From the IMG/VR virus record IMGVR_UViG_3300023296_001674: a stretch of 64,000 nucleotides of DNA, one strand, 5' to 3'. The notes below the pieces were generated by a model. The model was not told the origin of the DNA. It did no database searches and saw only the letters and a program-made list of their open reading frames with translations. Of this stretch, positions 30,165 through 39,155 are shown in pieces. The DNA is from a virus. The first letter of the stretch is position 1, and each line of letters begins with the position of its first letter. The translations under genes were made by a program, and so were the position numbers.

Positions 30165-30698
30165 ATGAATATTAAAACAACTTTGATTGCAGCAGTTGCT
30201 GTTGCGATGATGTCGGCTGCGTCTATGGCGTCCGCTGAAGAAGCCACCACCAAAACTGGTGTATATGTAGGAACTGGTTTCAGTTTGGCTACATCTGATG
30301 AAGATGGTATTGAAAACCAAAAAGGTTTCAACTTTAATGTTGGATATGATTTCGGTTTGCTTCGCGTTGAAGGCGCGTATGATCGGCTAAGTGACGATGA
30401 CTTGCAATCTTCCATGTTTAGTGGAATGGGTTATTTCGATTTCGATAATAGTTCAAAATTTACACCGTTTATTGGTGCAGGTTTGGGTTGGTCTGATCTA
30501 TCAGACGTTAACGCAGGCGCAAATAACAGCGATGTTACATATATTGGTTCCGCAGGTGCCTCGTATGATCTTTCTAACAAATGGGACTTAGTAGGTCAGT
30601 ATCGATATTTGATGTCATCGACTGAAGTTTTATCTGATACCGGAAATACTGATACAGATTCTCAAATATTTACTGTTGGTTTGCGAACCACCTTTTAA
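30165..30698 (+). CDS. Outer-membrane beta-barrel protein (8-stranded OmpA-TM/opacity-like)
   Basis: Signal peptide, GVYVG, GYDFG.LRVE, TPFIGAGLG, YRY, terminal Phe. Confidence 0.85.
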   Translation: MNIKTTLIAAVAVAMMSAASMASAEEATTKTGVYVGTGFSLATSDEDGIENQKGFNFNVGYDFGLLRVEGAYDRLSDDDLQSSMFSGMGYFDFDNSSKFTPFIGAGLGWSDLSDVNAGANNSDVTYIGSAGASYDLSNKWDLVGQYRYLMSSTEVLSDTGNTDTDSQIFTVGLRTTF

Positions 30699-30733
30699 TT
30701 AACGAGAATATATGTTATAATAAAGGGAGCATT

Positions 30734-31003
30734 TTGCTCCCTTTTTTTATGAATAAATACGTTATGGAGTTATATTTGTTTTCCCCACCACAAATGATAG
30801 AAAATTCAATTTTAATGACTCGAGAGGATGTTGATTTTAATAGAATGACGCATTATCATCATCACAGTTCATTTGATATAGAAACCAGTCGTATTATTTT
30901 TGCTTGGGATAAATTTTTTAATGAATATTATCATCCAGTAAAAAATATGGAAGATATTCTTAATATAATTGGATATGATTATATTACGATAGAGGAATTA
31001 TAA
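30734..31003 (+). CDS. Small hypothetical protein (paralog of 31006)
   Basis: L.L..SP ... WD.F...YYH...NM.D shared. Confidence 0.6.
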   Translation: MLPFFMNKYVMELYLFSPPQMIENSILMTREDVDFNRMTHYHHHSSFDIETSRIIFAWDKFFNEYYHPVKNMEDILNIIGYDYITIEEL

Positions 31004-31005
31004 TT

Positions 31006-31242
31006 ATGGCATTGCAGTTATATTATTCACCATATACGAGAGAAACTTCTAGATTTATAGATGACGATACGTTGTCAATGTATAAAAGAAATTATATAAA
31101 AGATCGTAGCGATGCACCCAATGTTTACGATATGTGGGACGAGTTTATTGGGGATTATTATCATTCAATAGGCAACATGAAGGATATGATAGATATGTTG
31201 GATGTCATGGGCGATGAAGATATTTCAATAAAGGCAAAATAA
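31006..31242 (+). CDS. Small hypothetical protein
   Basis: Paralog of 30734..31003. Confidence 0.6.
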   Translation: MALQLYYSPYTRETSRFIDDDTLSMYKRNYIKDRSDAPNVYDMWDEFIGDYYHSIGNMKDMIDMLDVMGDEDISIKAK

Positions 31243-31243
31243 T

Positions 31244-31633
31244 ATGAAACTTAATATAGACGATATAACAATGATTAAAGAGCCGGAATTAAAAATAGAT
31301 GATGGTATAGTATTCACCTTGCCAACCAGTAGATTGCATACATATGAGGTGACGCTAGAATGGCAACCCGTTGTGTTCACAATACTAGAAACCGACGAAT
31401 ATTCACACATCGTTGGGTCACAAATGCAACAGCAATTTGATTTTTTCGATAAAGAGTATGATCCTAACGCAAAATCATATAAATTTGATTTTGAATTAGA
31501 AGATTGGATTCTTTATGGCGCTTGGATCATGGAACTTGGTTATGATTCATTAAATTTCTTACAGCCCGAAGAAATAATTATCACTTTAACGTTACGATAC
31601 GAAAAAGCAGAAGAAAAAACAAAAACTACATAG
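31244..31633 (+). CDS. Truncated tail-tube-like protein (T4 gp19 family)
   Basis: WQP...T, VG.Q.QQQFDFF, YKF, W.LYGAWI..L.Y..L, ITLTLRYE.A. Confidence 0.6.
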   Translation: MKLNIDDITMIKEPELKIDDGIVFTLPTSRLHTYEVTLEWQPVVFTILETDEYSHIVGSQMQQQFDFFDKEYDPNAKSYKFDFELEDWILYGAWIMELGYDSLNFLQPEEIIITLTLRYEKAEEKTKTT

Positions 31634-31641
31634 GCATCAAT

Positions 31642-32025
31642 ATGGATATTAATATAGACGATATAACAATACTTGAAGAACCAATCTATGCAAAAAAAGA
31701 TGATGTGGTGCTTGAATCAGAAAATAGTAAGGCATTTATTTCATTTGATGAGTTTGAATGGAAGCCTATGGTGATTAATGTTAATCATACACAGAACAAT
31801 AATCATAAAATATCATGGCAACTCAATGAACAAGTGGCGTTTTTCGAACAAAATAACGGCAATGATTATAAATTCGATTTAAATACACATGATTGGATTA
31901 TTTATGACGCATATATTACCAATATCGTGTATCCTTCATTTGATATGGAAGTATATGAAGATGATACATATATCACTTTAACGTTACGATACGAAAAAGC
32001 AGAAGAAAAACAAAAAAAGACTTGA
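31642..32025 (+). CDS. Truncated tail-tube-like protein, paralog of 31244
   Basis: WKP, QL.EQ..FFEQ, DYKF, W.IY.AYI, ITLTLRYEKA; 22-bp and 40-bp terminal DNA identity with 31244. Confidence 0.6.
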   Translation: MDINIDDITILEEPIYAKKDDVVLESENSKAFISFDEFEWKPMVINVNHTQNNNHKISWQLNEQVAFFEQNNGNDYKFDLNTHDWIIYDAYITNIVYPSFDMEVYEDDTYITLTLRYEKAEEKQKKT

Positions 32026-32073
32026 CAAATGTCGCAATGCAGCATAGAATGATAAATATATTGCAGTGCAGCA
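32022..32073 (+). promoter_or_regulatory. sigma70 promoter + late motif carrying two PhaR-like boxes
   Basis: TTGACA(32022)-17-TAGAAT; CGCAATGCAGCA in the spacer; GATAAATA; TGCAGTGCAGCA at 32062-32073. Confidence 0.6.
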
Positions 32074-32138
32074 TTATGCTGGCTGCGTAACACACATATC
32101 GCCTAATATTAGGGATATATTACAAGGAGATTATTATT

Positions 32139-32363
32139 ATGTTTAAATTTGAAGATTTCACTAAGGCATTCGATCCAAAAGCATTCGACGTTGCTACTGT
32201 TATGGCATCCGTTGAAACCGCACAAAAGCAGGCATTTGAAGCTGCTGAAAAGAACATGAAAATTGTTGCTGATTTGGCTGAACAGAACGTTGCTACATTT
32301 CGCACCGCTGTTGATACAATGAATTCACAGACTGCAAAGGCATTTACTGCTTCCAAGAAGTAA
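32139..32363 (+). CDS. Phasin-like (PHA granule-associated) protein
   Basis: Ala-rich amphipathic helix MF.FEDF..AFDPKAFD...A.KN...A; strong RBS; terminator follows. Confidence 0.55.
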   Translation: MFKFEDFTKAFDPKAFDVATVMASVETAQKQAFEAAEKNMKIVADLAEQNVATFRTAVDTMNSQTAKAFTASKK

Positions 32364-32445
32364 ATTGCGATGGAATATGTAAAAAAGGGGGCTATGCCCT
32401 CTTTTTTGTCTCATAAATAGAATTATAACTGTTAGAAGGTGTTTA

Positions 32446-33024
32446 ATGCCAAATATTTTATATTTACATGGTGCTAATATGTCAGATGTTGGATTTACGT
32501 ATATTAAATCGATAATTGGCAAGCATAAGTATTCCAGTCCTGAATATTCTGTTCATACACCGTTAAAAGACAATATTAATACGATTATAGATACAGTGAA
32601 TAAAGATTTTAAGAAACCTGTGACAATTATTGGTCATTCGTTGGGTGGAATCATCGCAGTTGAACTATATCGTGCTGGATTGCCTATAGAAAAGATAATA
32701 ACACTATCTACGCCGTTTGGTGGATGCACTACGGCTGATAAGTTGCGATGGTTCTTTCCCACCTATCAATTATTCGATGATATACGCACAAATAACGCTG
32801 TTATACAGGGTTTACAGGATTTCCATGTAGATATACCTATGTTATCATTTGTAACCACTGACGGGCATTCTCCGGTGATAGACGGTGATAATGATGGAGT
32901 TGTAACGACGGAATCGCAGCAATCACTATCTGGCCCAATATATGAAGAAGTTCACTTGAATCATTTTGAAATATTGTTAAGTGAACCAGTAGCGAAACGC
33001 ATAAAAACATTTATTAAGAAATAA
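32446..33024 (+). CDS. Alpha/beta hydrolase (lipase/esterase-like)
   Basis: LHG oxyanion motif, GHSLGG nucleophile elbow, TPFGG, NDGVV, NH. Confidence 0.9.
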   Translation: MPNILYLHGANMSDVGFTYIKSIIGKHKYSSPEYSVHTPLKDNINTIIDTVNKDFKKPVTIIGHSLGGIIAVELYRAGLPIEKIITLSTPFGGCTTADKLRWFFPTYQLFDDIRTNNAVIQGLQDFHVDIPMLSFVTTDGHSPVIDGDNDGVVTTESQQSLSGPIYEEVHLNHFEILLSEPVAKRIKTFIKK

Positions 33025-33149
33025 ATTGACATTATAGTCCGTTTTAATGTATAAATAAAAGTATGGTGTCAATAACGACACTTATAAGTTAGGCAGATAA
33101 GCCTTGACATGATGGTCAAGCAGTTAAGTCCTACAACGGAGAAGAAAAA

Positions 33150-33986
33150 ATGGCTTTACAAATAGAAGACGCTATACCTGCGTCGAAAAAATCTAAAAAA
33201 ACGAAAAAATCCACCAAATCATTATCAACTATTCGTCTGCATTTCATATTGGATGAATCTGGCAGTATGGATGAATGCCGCCAATCGACTATTGATGGAT
33301 TTAACGAATATATCAATGGTTTACGGAAAGATACGAACAAATATTATGTTTCCTTGACTAAGTTTGAGGGTGGCAATATCAAAACTGTATTTGGTGATGT
33401 CAATCTTAAAAATGTTCGCAATATAACCAATGACGATTTTATTCCTGATGGAATGACTAATCTTAACGATGCAATTGGTGAAACAATCACAAAAATGCAA
33501 AATTCAAATATAAAAACACCACATAGTACATTGATTGTTATTTTGACTGATGGTAAAGAAAATGATTCGCGCAAATGGACGCGTGATGGTGTGGCAGAGT
33601 TGATTAAAATCACTGAAAAAGATGGTTGGACTGTCACCTTTCTTGGTGCTAATATTGACACTCAGGCAGTGAGTCGTGGATATGCTATTAGTGCGGATAA
33701 TGCACGATCATATACAACGAAAGGTATGCGTAACACTATGAGAAATCTCAGTGAAGCAACTGTGATGTATGCAGCCAGTGCATCTAGAGGTATATCTACA
33801 ATGGATATGTTTAGTGCGGAAAATACTGGTATGTCTGAAGCGGATTGGATGGAAGAAGATGCAGCATCTATAGATAAATTGGCTGCGACTATTGATTCAA
33901 ATGGACATAATATTGATGGTTCATTGAAACCAGAATTGAAAGATATTATTATTGGTGCAAATCAAGGAGACACTAAAAATGTCTGA
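33150..33986 (+). CDS. von Willebrand factor A domain protein
   Basis: ILDESGSM MIDAS, GMT.L.DAIG, ILTDG.EN.S, FLGAN. Confidence 0.9.
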   Translation: MALQIEDAIPASKKSKKTKKSTKSLSTIRLHFILDESGSMDECRQSTIDGFNEYINGLRKDTNKYYVSLTKFEGGNIKTVFGDVNLKNVRNITNDDFIPDGMTNLNDAIGETITKMQNSNIKTPHSTLIVILTDGKENDSRKWTRDGVAELIKITEKDGWTVTFLGANIDTQAVSRGYAISADNARSYTTKGMRNTMRNLSEATVMYAASASRGISTMDMFSAENTGMSEADWMEEDAASIDKLAATIDSNGHNIDGSLKPELKDIIIGANQGDTKNV

Positions 33987-34896
33987 TTATCAAGTAGAAG
34001 TATTGGTTCGTGGTCGTCCTGTAAAAGTTTTTAAACATAAAGGCGATCAATTCATAGAAGGTAGAAACGGTTCATCGTTTGAACTTCGCTTAACTAACAA
34101 CACATGGCACCAAGTTGAAATGGTTGCCAGTGTTGATGGGTTAAGTGTTACAGATGGTGAAGAATGTGGTTCTGAATCGATTGGTTATATTGTCCCTCCA
34201 AAAGAATCTGTTACGATTCCGGGATGGAAGTTGCCAAATAATAAAGCTGCTGAATTTGTATTTGAAGACAAGAGAAATAGTTATTCAAACCAAGTTGGCA
34301 AAGGCACGCAAAATGTTGGTGTTATTGGATTTATGGTATTTGCTGAAAAACCGCCAGCACCACCGACGCCACCGCCTACTAGAAGCGTTAGAGGTGGCTT
34401 TCCAAATCCTTACCAGCCAACTACGCCGTGGAAACCATTCCAACCAATGTGGGCGAGTAATCAAACGAAGGGTATGTCTAATAGTGCGGAAACACTTGAA
34501 CTTAAAGGTGGAACCACGCGTGGCATGCAGGACACAACACCATTGGGTGCTACAAATAATGTTATGGATTCGATGCAACATAGCGCTGTTAATATAAGTG
34601 CATCATGCTCGCCGTGCGATATAATATTTGAATCTGATGAAGAAGGAACTGATAAGTTTGAAATCGGAACAGGTTGGGGTGATGAAATTGATCATAAGGT
34701 TGTTGTTATCGAGTTTGAACGAACTGATAAGTATAATCCTGACACTATCATTACATTGTTCTATGATTCGAAAAAGGGATTAATTTCGAGGGGGATTGAA
34801 ATCACAAAGACTAAAAAACGAAAAAATCCTAAACTACCTAATGCATTTCCAACATATAATAATACTGGTTGTACGCCTCCACCGGGTTGGAAATAG
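33979..34896 (+). CDS. Conserved hypothetical vWA-associated protein
   Basis: AGGAG RBS before MSDYQ; SVDGL, IPGW, NVGVIG, GTGWG motifs. Confidence 0.7.
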   Translation: MSDYQVEVLVRGRPVKVFKHKGDQFIEGRNGSSFELRLTNNTWHQVEMVASVDGLSVTDGEECGSESIGYIVPPKESVTIPGWKLPNNKAAEFVFEDKRNSYSNQVGKGTQNVGVIGFMVFAEKPPAPPTPPPTRSVRGGFPNPYQPTTPWKPFQPMWASNQTKGMSNSAETLELKGGTTRGMQDTTPLGATNNVMDSMQHSAVNISASCSPCDIIFESDEEGTDKFEIGTGWGDEIDHKVVVIEFERTDKYNPDTIITLFYDSKKGLISRGIEITKTKKRKNPKLPNAFPTYNNTGCTPPPGWK

Positions 34897-34912
34897 TATA
34901 AAAAAAGAGCAC

Positions 34913-35917
34913 CTAATCGGTGCTCTTTTTCTTTTTAACATGATTTTTTCTTTGCTCGGGCGTTAATGAAGCCCAATATTTTTTAACACCATCGCCTGAT
35001 TTTTTTCGTCGTTCTTTTTTTTCTTGATTTGATAGATTTTTATAATGATCGGAATATTTTTTTGCTGATTTCTTTTTTCTATTTGTTATTTCTTCTTTTG
35101 TTAGCAAATCTAAAGATTTTTGCTGACCTTTTTGTATATTTTTACCAACTTGAATTTTTTCTTTTTTTGTATAAGATGCCCATCTTTTTATATTTTCTTC
35201 TGTTCTTTGTGTAGAGTCTATATTATCGCTAATTTTTTTACCTTGTTCTTTTTTTCCTTCATCGGATAGAGAAACCCACCATTTGATATAACCATTTTTA
35301 AATTTTTCGATATGTTGATTGTGTTTTTCTTCGGTTAGACCATCCCAATATTTTTTATTACCTTTTTGTAGCCTATCGATTATGATTTTTTGTTCTTTAT
35401 TTGATAATTTACCCCAATATTCATTACATTTTTGTCTTATTTTTTCATTTCTACTTTCTTTTTGTTCATCCGATAAAAATTTATAAGTATGACCACCTTT
35501 GCCACCGGGATTCATGTTATATCCATTTATACCAAATGATTCGTGATGATGAATCCAAAATATTTCAAGATCGTTAAGTATATTTACATCGTCGCATTCA
35601 TCTATGATTTCATATGTAAATTCGACGAACCCGTATTTTATTAGAGCATGATGAAATGCAAGTTCAGGGAGGTATTCACCAGTTCCGCGACGTTTATGGT
35701 ATTTATATCTACGATTTTCTGATATAGGATGTATATCTTTCCCTATATATGATTTATTATTATTGTTATTAGTAAATTTATAAATGAACATTTTAATATA
35801 CCTCTTATTTCTATTCCTGCTGTATTTATCAAAAGGGGTGAAATATGGTGGTATTAGAAACAGTGCATTAATCATATTGTGATAAATATTAATATATGTT
35901 ATAAGAAGGAATGTCAT
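34913..35917 (-). CDS. GIY-YIG homing endonuclease with helical repeats (real start probably near 35791)
   Basis: FIYKFTN..N.KSYIG, H..L.KYG..F, E.FWI, GYNM.PGG; W..L..E repeats. Confidence 0.85.
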   Translation of the reverse strand: MTFLLITYINIYHNMINALFLIPPYFTPFDKYSRNRNKRYIKMFIYKFTNNNNNKSYIGKDIHPISENRRYKYHKRRGTGEYLPELAFHHALIKYGFVEFTYEIIDECDDVNILNDLEIFWIHHHESFGINGYNMNPGGKGGHTYKFLSDEQKESRNEKIRQKCNEYWGKLSNKEQKIIIDRLQKGNKKYWDGLTEEKHNQHIEKFKNGYIKWWVSLSDEGKKEQGKKISDNIDSTQRTEENIKRWASYTKKEKIQVGKNIQKGQQKSLDLLTKEEITNRKKKSAKKYSDHYKNLSNQEKKERRKKSGDGVKKYWASLTPEQRKNHVKKKKSTD

Positions 35918-36488
35918 GAAAATATATGAGTTATTTGAGACTAGTCAAAATACCGGATTTAAACTTTTCGTTGACCTTGATGGAGTCTTGGTCGACTTCG
36001 AAAAAGGTGTTTCTGCGTTTATGGCGGATGACATGTCGGATAAGGGTTATAAAAATTTACCGGTTATCCAAGGATATGCTATGGGCAATAATAAACAGAG
36101 TCGCGCATTCTGGAAGAAAGTTGAGATGATCGAAGAATCGGATGCTATTGCATTATGGACAAATTTAGGATGGATGTCAGATGGTAAAAAACTTTGGGGT
36201 TATATCAATGGTTACAATCCAGTAATATTGAGTTCACCGGGAACATCATCGAGACATATTATTGAAGCTGGTAAAAAAATATGGATTGATAGACATTTAT
36301 CACCCAAGCCATCATATATATTTGAACCTGATAAGTTTAAGCACGCAAAAGGTAAACCCGGTATACAGCATATACTTATTGATGACAGTAAGAAGAAATT
36401 AGACCCATGGGAAGCTGCGGGTGGCATTGGTATATTTCATACATCTGCCTCTGATACTATAAAACAACTAAAAAATTGGGGTTTTTAA
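35916..36488 (+). CDS. HAD-family 5'(3')-deoxyribonucleotidase-like protein with MKIYELFE leader
   Basis: FVDLDGVLVDF, ILSSP, K..W, LIDD...W..AGG.GI.H. Confidence 0.85.
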   Translation: MKIYELFETSQNTGFKLFVDLDGVLVDFEKGVSAFMADDMSDKGYKNLPVIQGYAMGNNKQSRAFWKKVEMIEESDAIALWTNLGWMSDGKKLWGYINGYNPVILSSPGTSSRHIIEAGKKIWIDRHLSPKPSYIFEPDKFKHAKGKPGIQHILIDDSKKKLDPWEAAGGIGIFHTSASDTIKQLKNWGF

Positions 36489-36489
36489 T

Positions 36490-37539
36490 ATGAGAGCATG
36501 GGAATTATATGAAAATCAAATAATAAATGAATTAAATGTTGAATATCGCGGTGATACAGTCAATGATGAATCTTTTGATATTATTGTTCATCGTGGTAAA
36601 ATATGGATGTATGATTCAAGTGATGATAATAATAATGAAGCACTTAAAAAGAGTATTATTGATAATTTAAAAATAAACATTGAAAGGCCAGAAGATTTAG
36701 ACATTGAAGATTTGATGGCGCATGTTATGGAAGATCGACCTGATATTATACATGGTCAAATTGTTGATGGTGATGATTTGTATTTAAGTAATCATGCCAC
36801 TATCTCAAAAAGCCCACGTTCATCAAAAGCAATAAAAGATATAGTAAAACATTTCGATTTAAGCCGTGTTATGAAATCTGATACCACTGGAGAAAAAGAG
36901 GATGTTATACATCGCAGTGAAATGCAAGGAAAAGTGCCTGATATAGCATTTCACGGAACAAGTTCTGATAATATACGAAATATACTCAATAAAGGAATTA
37001 TGCCTGTTGAACATGGTAATTTTGAAGATATAAAATTTCCCGATTTGGTTTTTGTTGCAACTGATCGAAATTTTGTTGATTATCATGCAACCAGTCAAGC
37101 GAAAGCAAAAGAGGCCACGCCAATTGTATTGAAATTAAAAATACCAGATAAAAATAAACTTGTATTAGATTTTGATGTAGCAGTGAGAATGTACGGAAGT
37201 GAGCATCCTGAATTAATTGATGCGGGTTATGATAATATAGATAGTTCAGTATTTAATAACGAAGAAATGGCGAAGCATATACAGGCGGTTAATAAGGGAA
37301 CAGATTTAAATACCGAGGTTGGTGTTTTTGGATATAAAGGACGTATTCCAGCAAATCATATATTAGAAATATATATAGCAGCCGATGCTGATTGGACAGT
37401 TGCACCAGATAGCGTAGAATGGATGGAAATGGATGACAAATCGGAGTTGTGGAAAGCTCTTGATATGATAGATGCAATCGGATATTATGATCAACATGAA
37501 CAAATCGAATGGGAAGATGATGAGGATGAAAACTTATGA
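36490..37539 (+). CDS. MRAWELYE-leader protein with C-terminal ADP-ribosyltransferase-like domain
   Basis: AFHGTSS.NI.NIL.KGI, VFVAT, VLKLKIP, YKGRIP..HI. Confidence 0.65.
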   Translation: MRAWELYENQIINELNVEYRGDTVNDESFDIIVHRGKIWMYDSSDDNNNEALKKSIIDNLKINIERPEDLDIEDLMAHVMEDRPDIIHGQIVDGDDLYLSNHATISKSPRSSKAIKDIVKHFDLSRVMKSDTTGEKEDVIHRSEMQGKVPDIAFHGTSSDNIRNILNKGIMPVEHGNFEDIKFPDLVFVATDRNFVDYHATSQAKAKEATPIVLKLKIPDKNKLVLDFDVAVRMYGSEHPELIDAGYDNIDSSVFNNEEMAKHIQAVNKGTDLNTEVGVFGYKGRIPANHILEIYIAADADWTVAPDSVEWMEMDDKSELWKALDMIDAIGYYDQHEQIEWEDDEDENL

Positions 37540-37868
37540 GAGCATGGGAATTATATGAAGGTAAAAAACATGTTGGATATAAAGTTATGCGATATGAAAA
37601 CGGCAATTTAATTGCTGGTGCGGACTCGCGTCAAATATTTCCATCAAAAATAGGGTCTTCTATTCAAATGAAGGGTAATGGTATATATCTTGGAACCAAT
37701 AAACAATATGTATTGGATTATTATTCTGGATTGGCGGACGATGAACGATTGTTGACATTTGAATTTGATGAAGATGATATAACTACTGGAAACCTAACCG
37801 ACCAACAGGTTGAAGTTAGTGTTTCTAATGCTATATTAAAGAATATAGAAGAGTTTGACCAACAGTAA
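37536..37868 (+). CDS. MRAWELYE-leader protein, ART-like fold possible
   Basis: GYK..R, GIYL, EV.V pattern; identical 24-nt leader. Confidence 0.55.
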   Translation: MRAWELYEGKKHVGYKVMRYENGNLIAGADSRQIFPSKIGSSIQMKGNGIYLGTNKQYVLDYYSGLADDERLLTFEFDEDDITTGNLTDQQVEVSVSNAILKNIEEFDQQ

Positions 37869-38309
37869 TTGAGTGAATATAAAATGCACGACACTGACCA
37901 AGGCAAGGTGTTTCAAAATCCAACTTCATCGGGCATTGCTGGATTGTTGAATACGCATGGTATACTTAGGGGTATATTTTCAAATAACACATCTTGGGTC
38001 TGGAATGCATACAACTCGACGCATGATTATATGGGTGATGAGCTAACTAATAGTGGATTTGATATAGCGCGGTTTGAAAATGATAGATTTGATTTTGTGA
38101 TATCAAATAAGCCACAAGTTGACAATTTGGAAGAATGGGATAATATGCGTGAAGTGTCGGATGGTGTATGGTCACAAGTATATGGGGAAGATTTAAACGA
38201 CGCGATGAAGAAAAAGCGTTTTTCTAAAATGTTTCCAAAACCAGTCGACGAAAATGAAAAAGTCGACCTTCCTGATATTGAAGTCGGTGATGAATTAAAA
38301 GATAAATAG
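37869..38309 (+). CDS. In-frame continuation of 37536 after a single TAA; hypothetical
   Basis: CAG TAA TTG AGT GAA in the same frame; ends in LPDIEVGDEL. Confidence 0.5.
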   Translation: MSEYKMHDTDQGKVFQNPTSSGIAGLLNTHGILRGIFSNNTSWVWNAYNSTHDYMGDELTNSGFDIARFENDRFDFVISNKPQVDNLEEWDNMREVSDGVWSQVYGEDLNDAMKKKRFSKMFPKPVDENEKVDLPDIEVGDELKDK

Positions 38310-38327
38310 TATTGGAGGTATGATGCT

Positions 38328-39149
38328 ATGAGATATTTAATATATGCACTTTTGAACCCAACAACTGACATGCCATTTTATATTGGATGGACTGACACTA
38401 AACAAAAAGGTATTAAACGACCATTTGAGCACTTTAATGAAGAACGACGTCAGGGTGAAAAAATAACATCGGGAAATAGATTGAAGCTGAATACTATACG
38501 CAAAATGCGTAAAAATGACATAGAGCCGAGTGTTGAAGAGATATATTACACCGATGATTTTGATCATTCTTTAGATATAGAAAAAATGTTTATATCACAT
38601 TGGGGCAGACGGGATAAAAACGAAGGAATATTAACCAATCTAACCGATGGTGGGCAAGGAACGGTGGGTGTAAAAGATTCGTTGGAAACACGGCGAAAAA
38701 AATCTATCGGTAGAATAGGAAAAAAGCATACTGAATACTCCAAGCAGTTAATCAAAGAAAAAAGAAAACTTCAATCGCCGACAATATATTCGGATGAAAC
38801 TAGAAAACAAATGAGCAAGAATGCTTGGATGCGCAATAATAAAGGAAAAACATATGAAGAGATGTATGGCATAAATAAAGCAAACGAAAAGAAAAAAAAT
38901 CAATCTGATTATCTTCGTTTATATAGAGCGAATGAAGAAAATGAAGAAAAGCGTAAACTTGCTCATAGGTTGACATGGATTAAAAAAATGAAAAATGTTT
39001 ATATTGATATATTTAGGTTATTAGACGATGGTATTAAACAGTATATTATTGTTGATATGTTAAATGTAAGCGTTGATACTGTTCGTAAGGCGAGATTGAA
39101 TCGCGCTGATATTGAGCATGATATTAATATTATAACAATCGAGGGTTAA
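38328..39149 (+). CDS. GIY-YIG homing endonuclease with NUMOD3 repeats and C-terminal HTH
   Basis: YLIYAL..P...PFYIG, E...I..WGR, LTNLTDGG.G, ETR.K.S repeats. Confidence 0.85.
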   Translation: MRYLIYALLNPTTDMPFYIGWTDTKQKGIKRPFEHFNEERRQGEKITSGNRLKLNTIRKMRKNDIEPSVEEIYYTDDFDHSLDIEKMFISHWGRRDKNEGILTNLTDGGQGTVGVKDSLETRRKKSIGRIGKKHTEYSKQLIKEKRKLQSPTIYSDETRKQMSKNAWMRNNKGKTYEEMYGINKANEKKKNQSDYLRLYRANEENEEKRKLAHRLTWIKKMKNVYIDIFRLLDDGIKQYIIVDMLNVSVDTVRKARLNRADIEHDINIITIEG

Positions 39150-39155
39150 ATAACT

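Noticed and set aside
38310-39155. Group I intron around the GIY-YIG gene
   Set aside because: Under 20 nt of non-coding flank on either side, no room for a ribozyme core; the downstream gene has its own start
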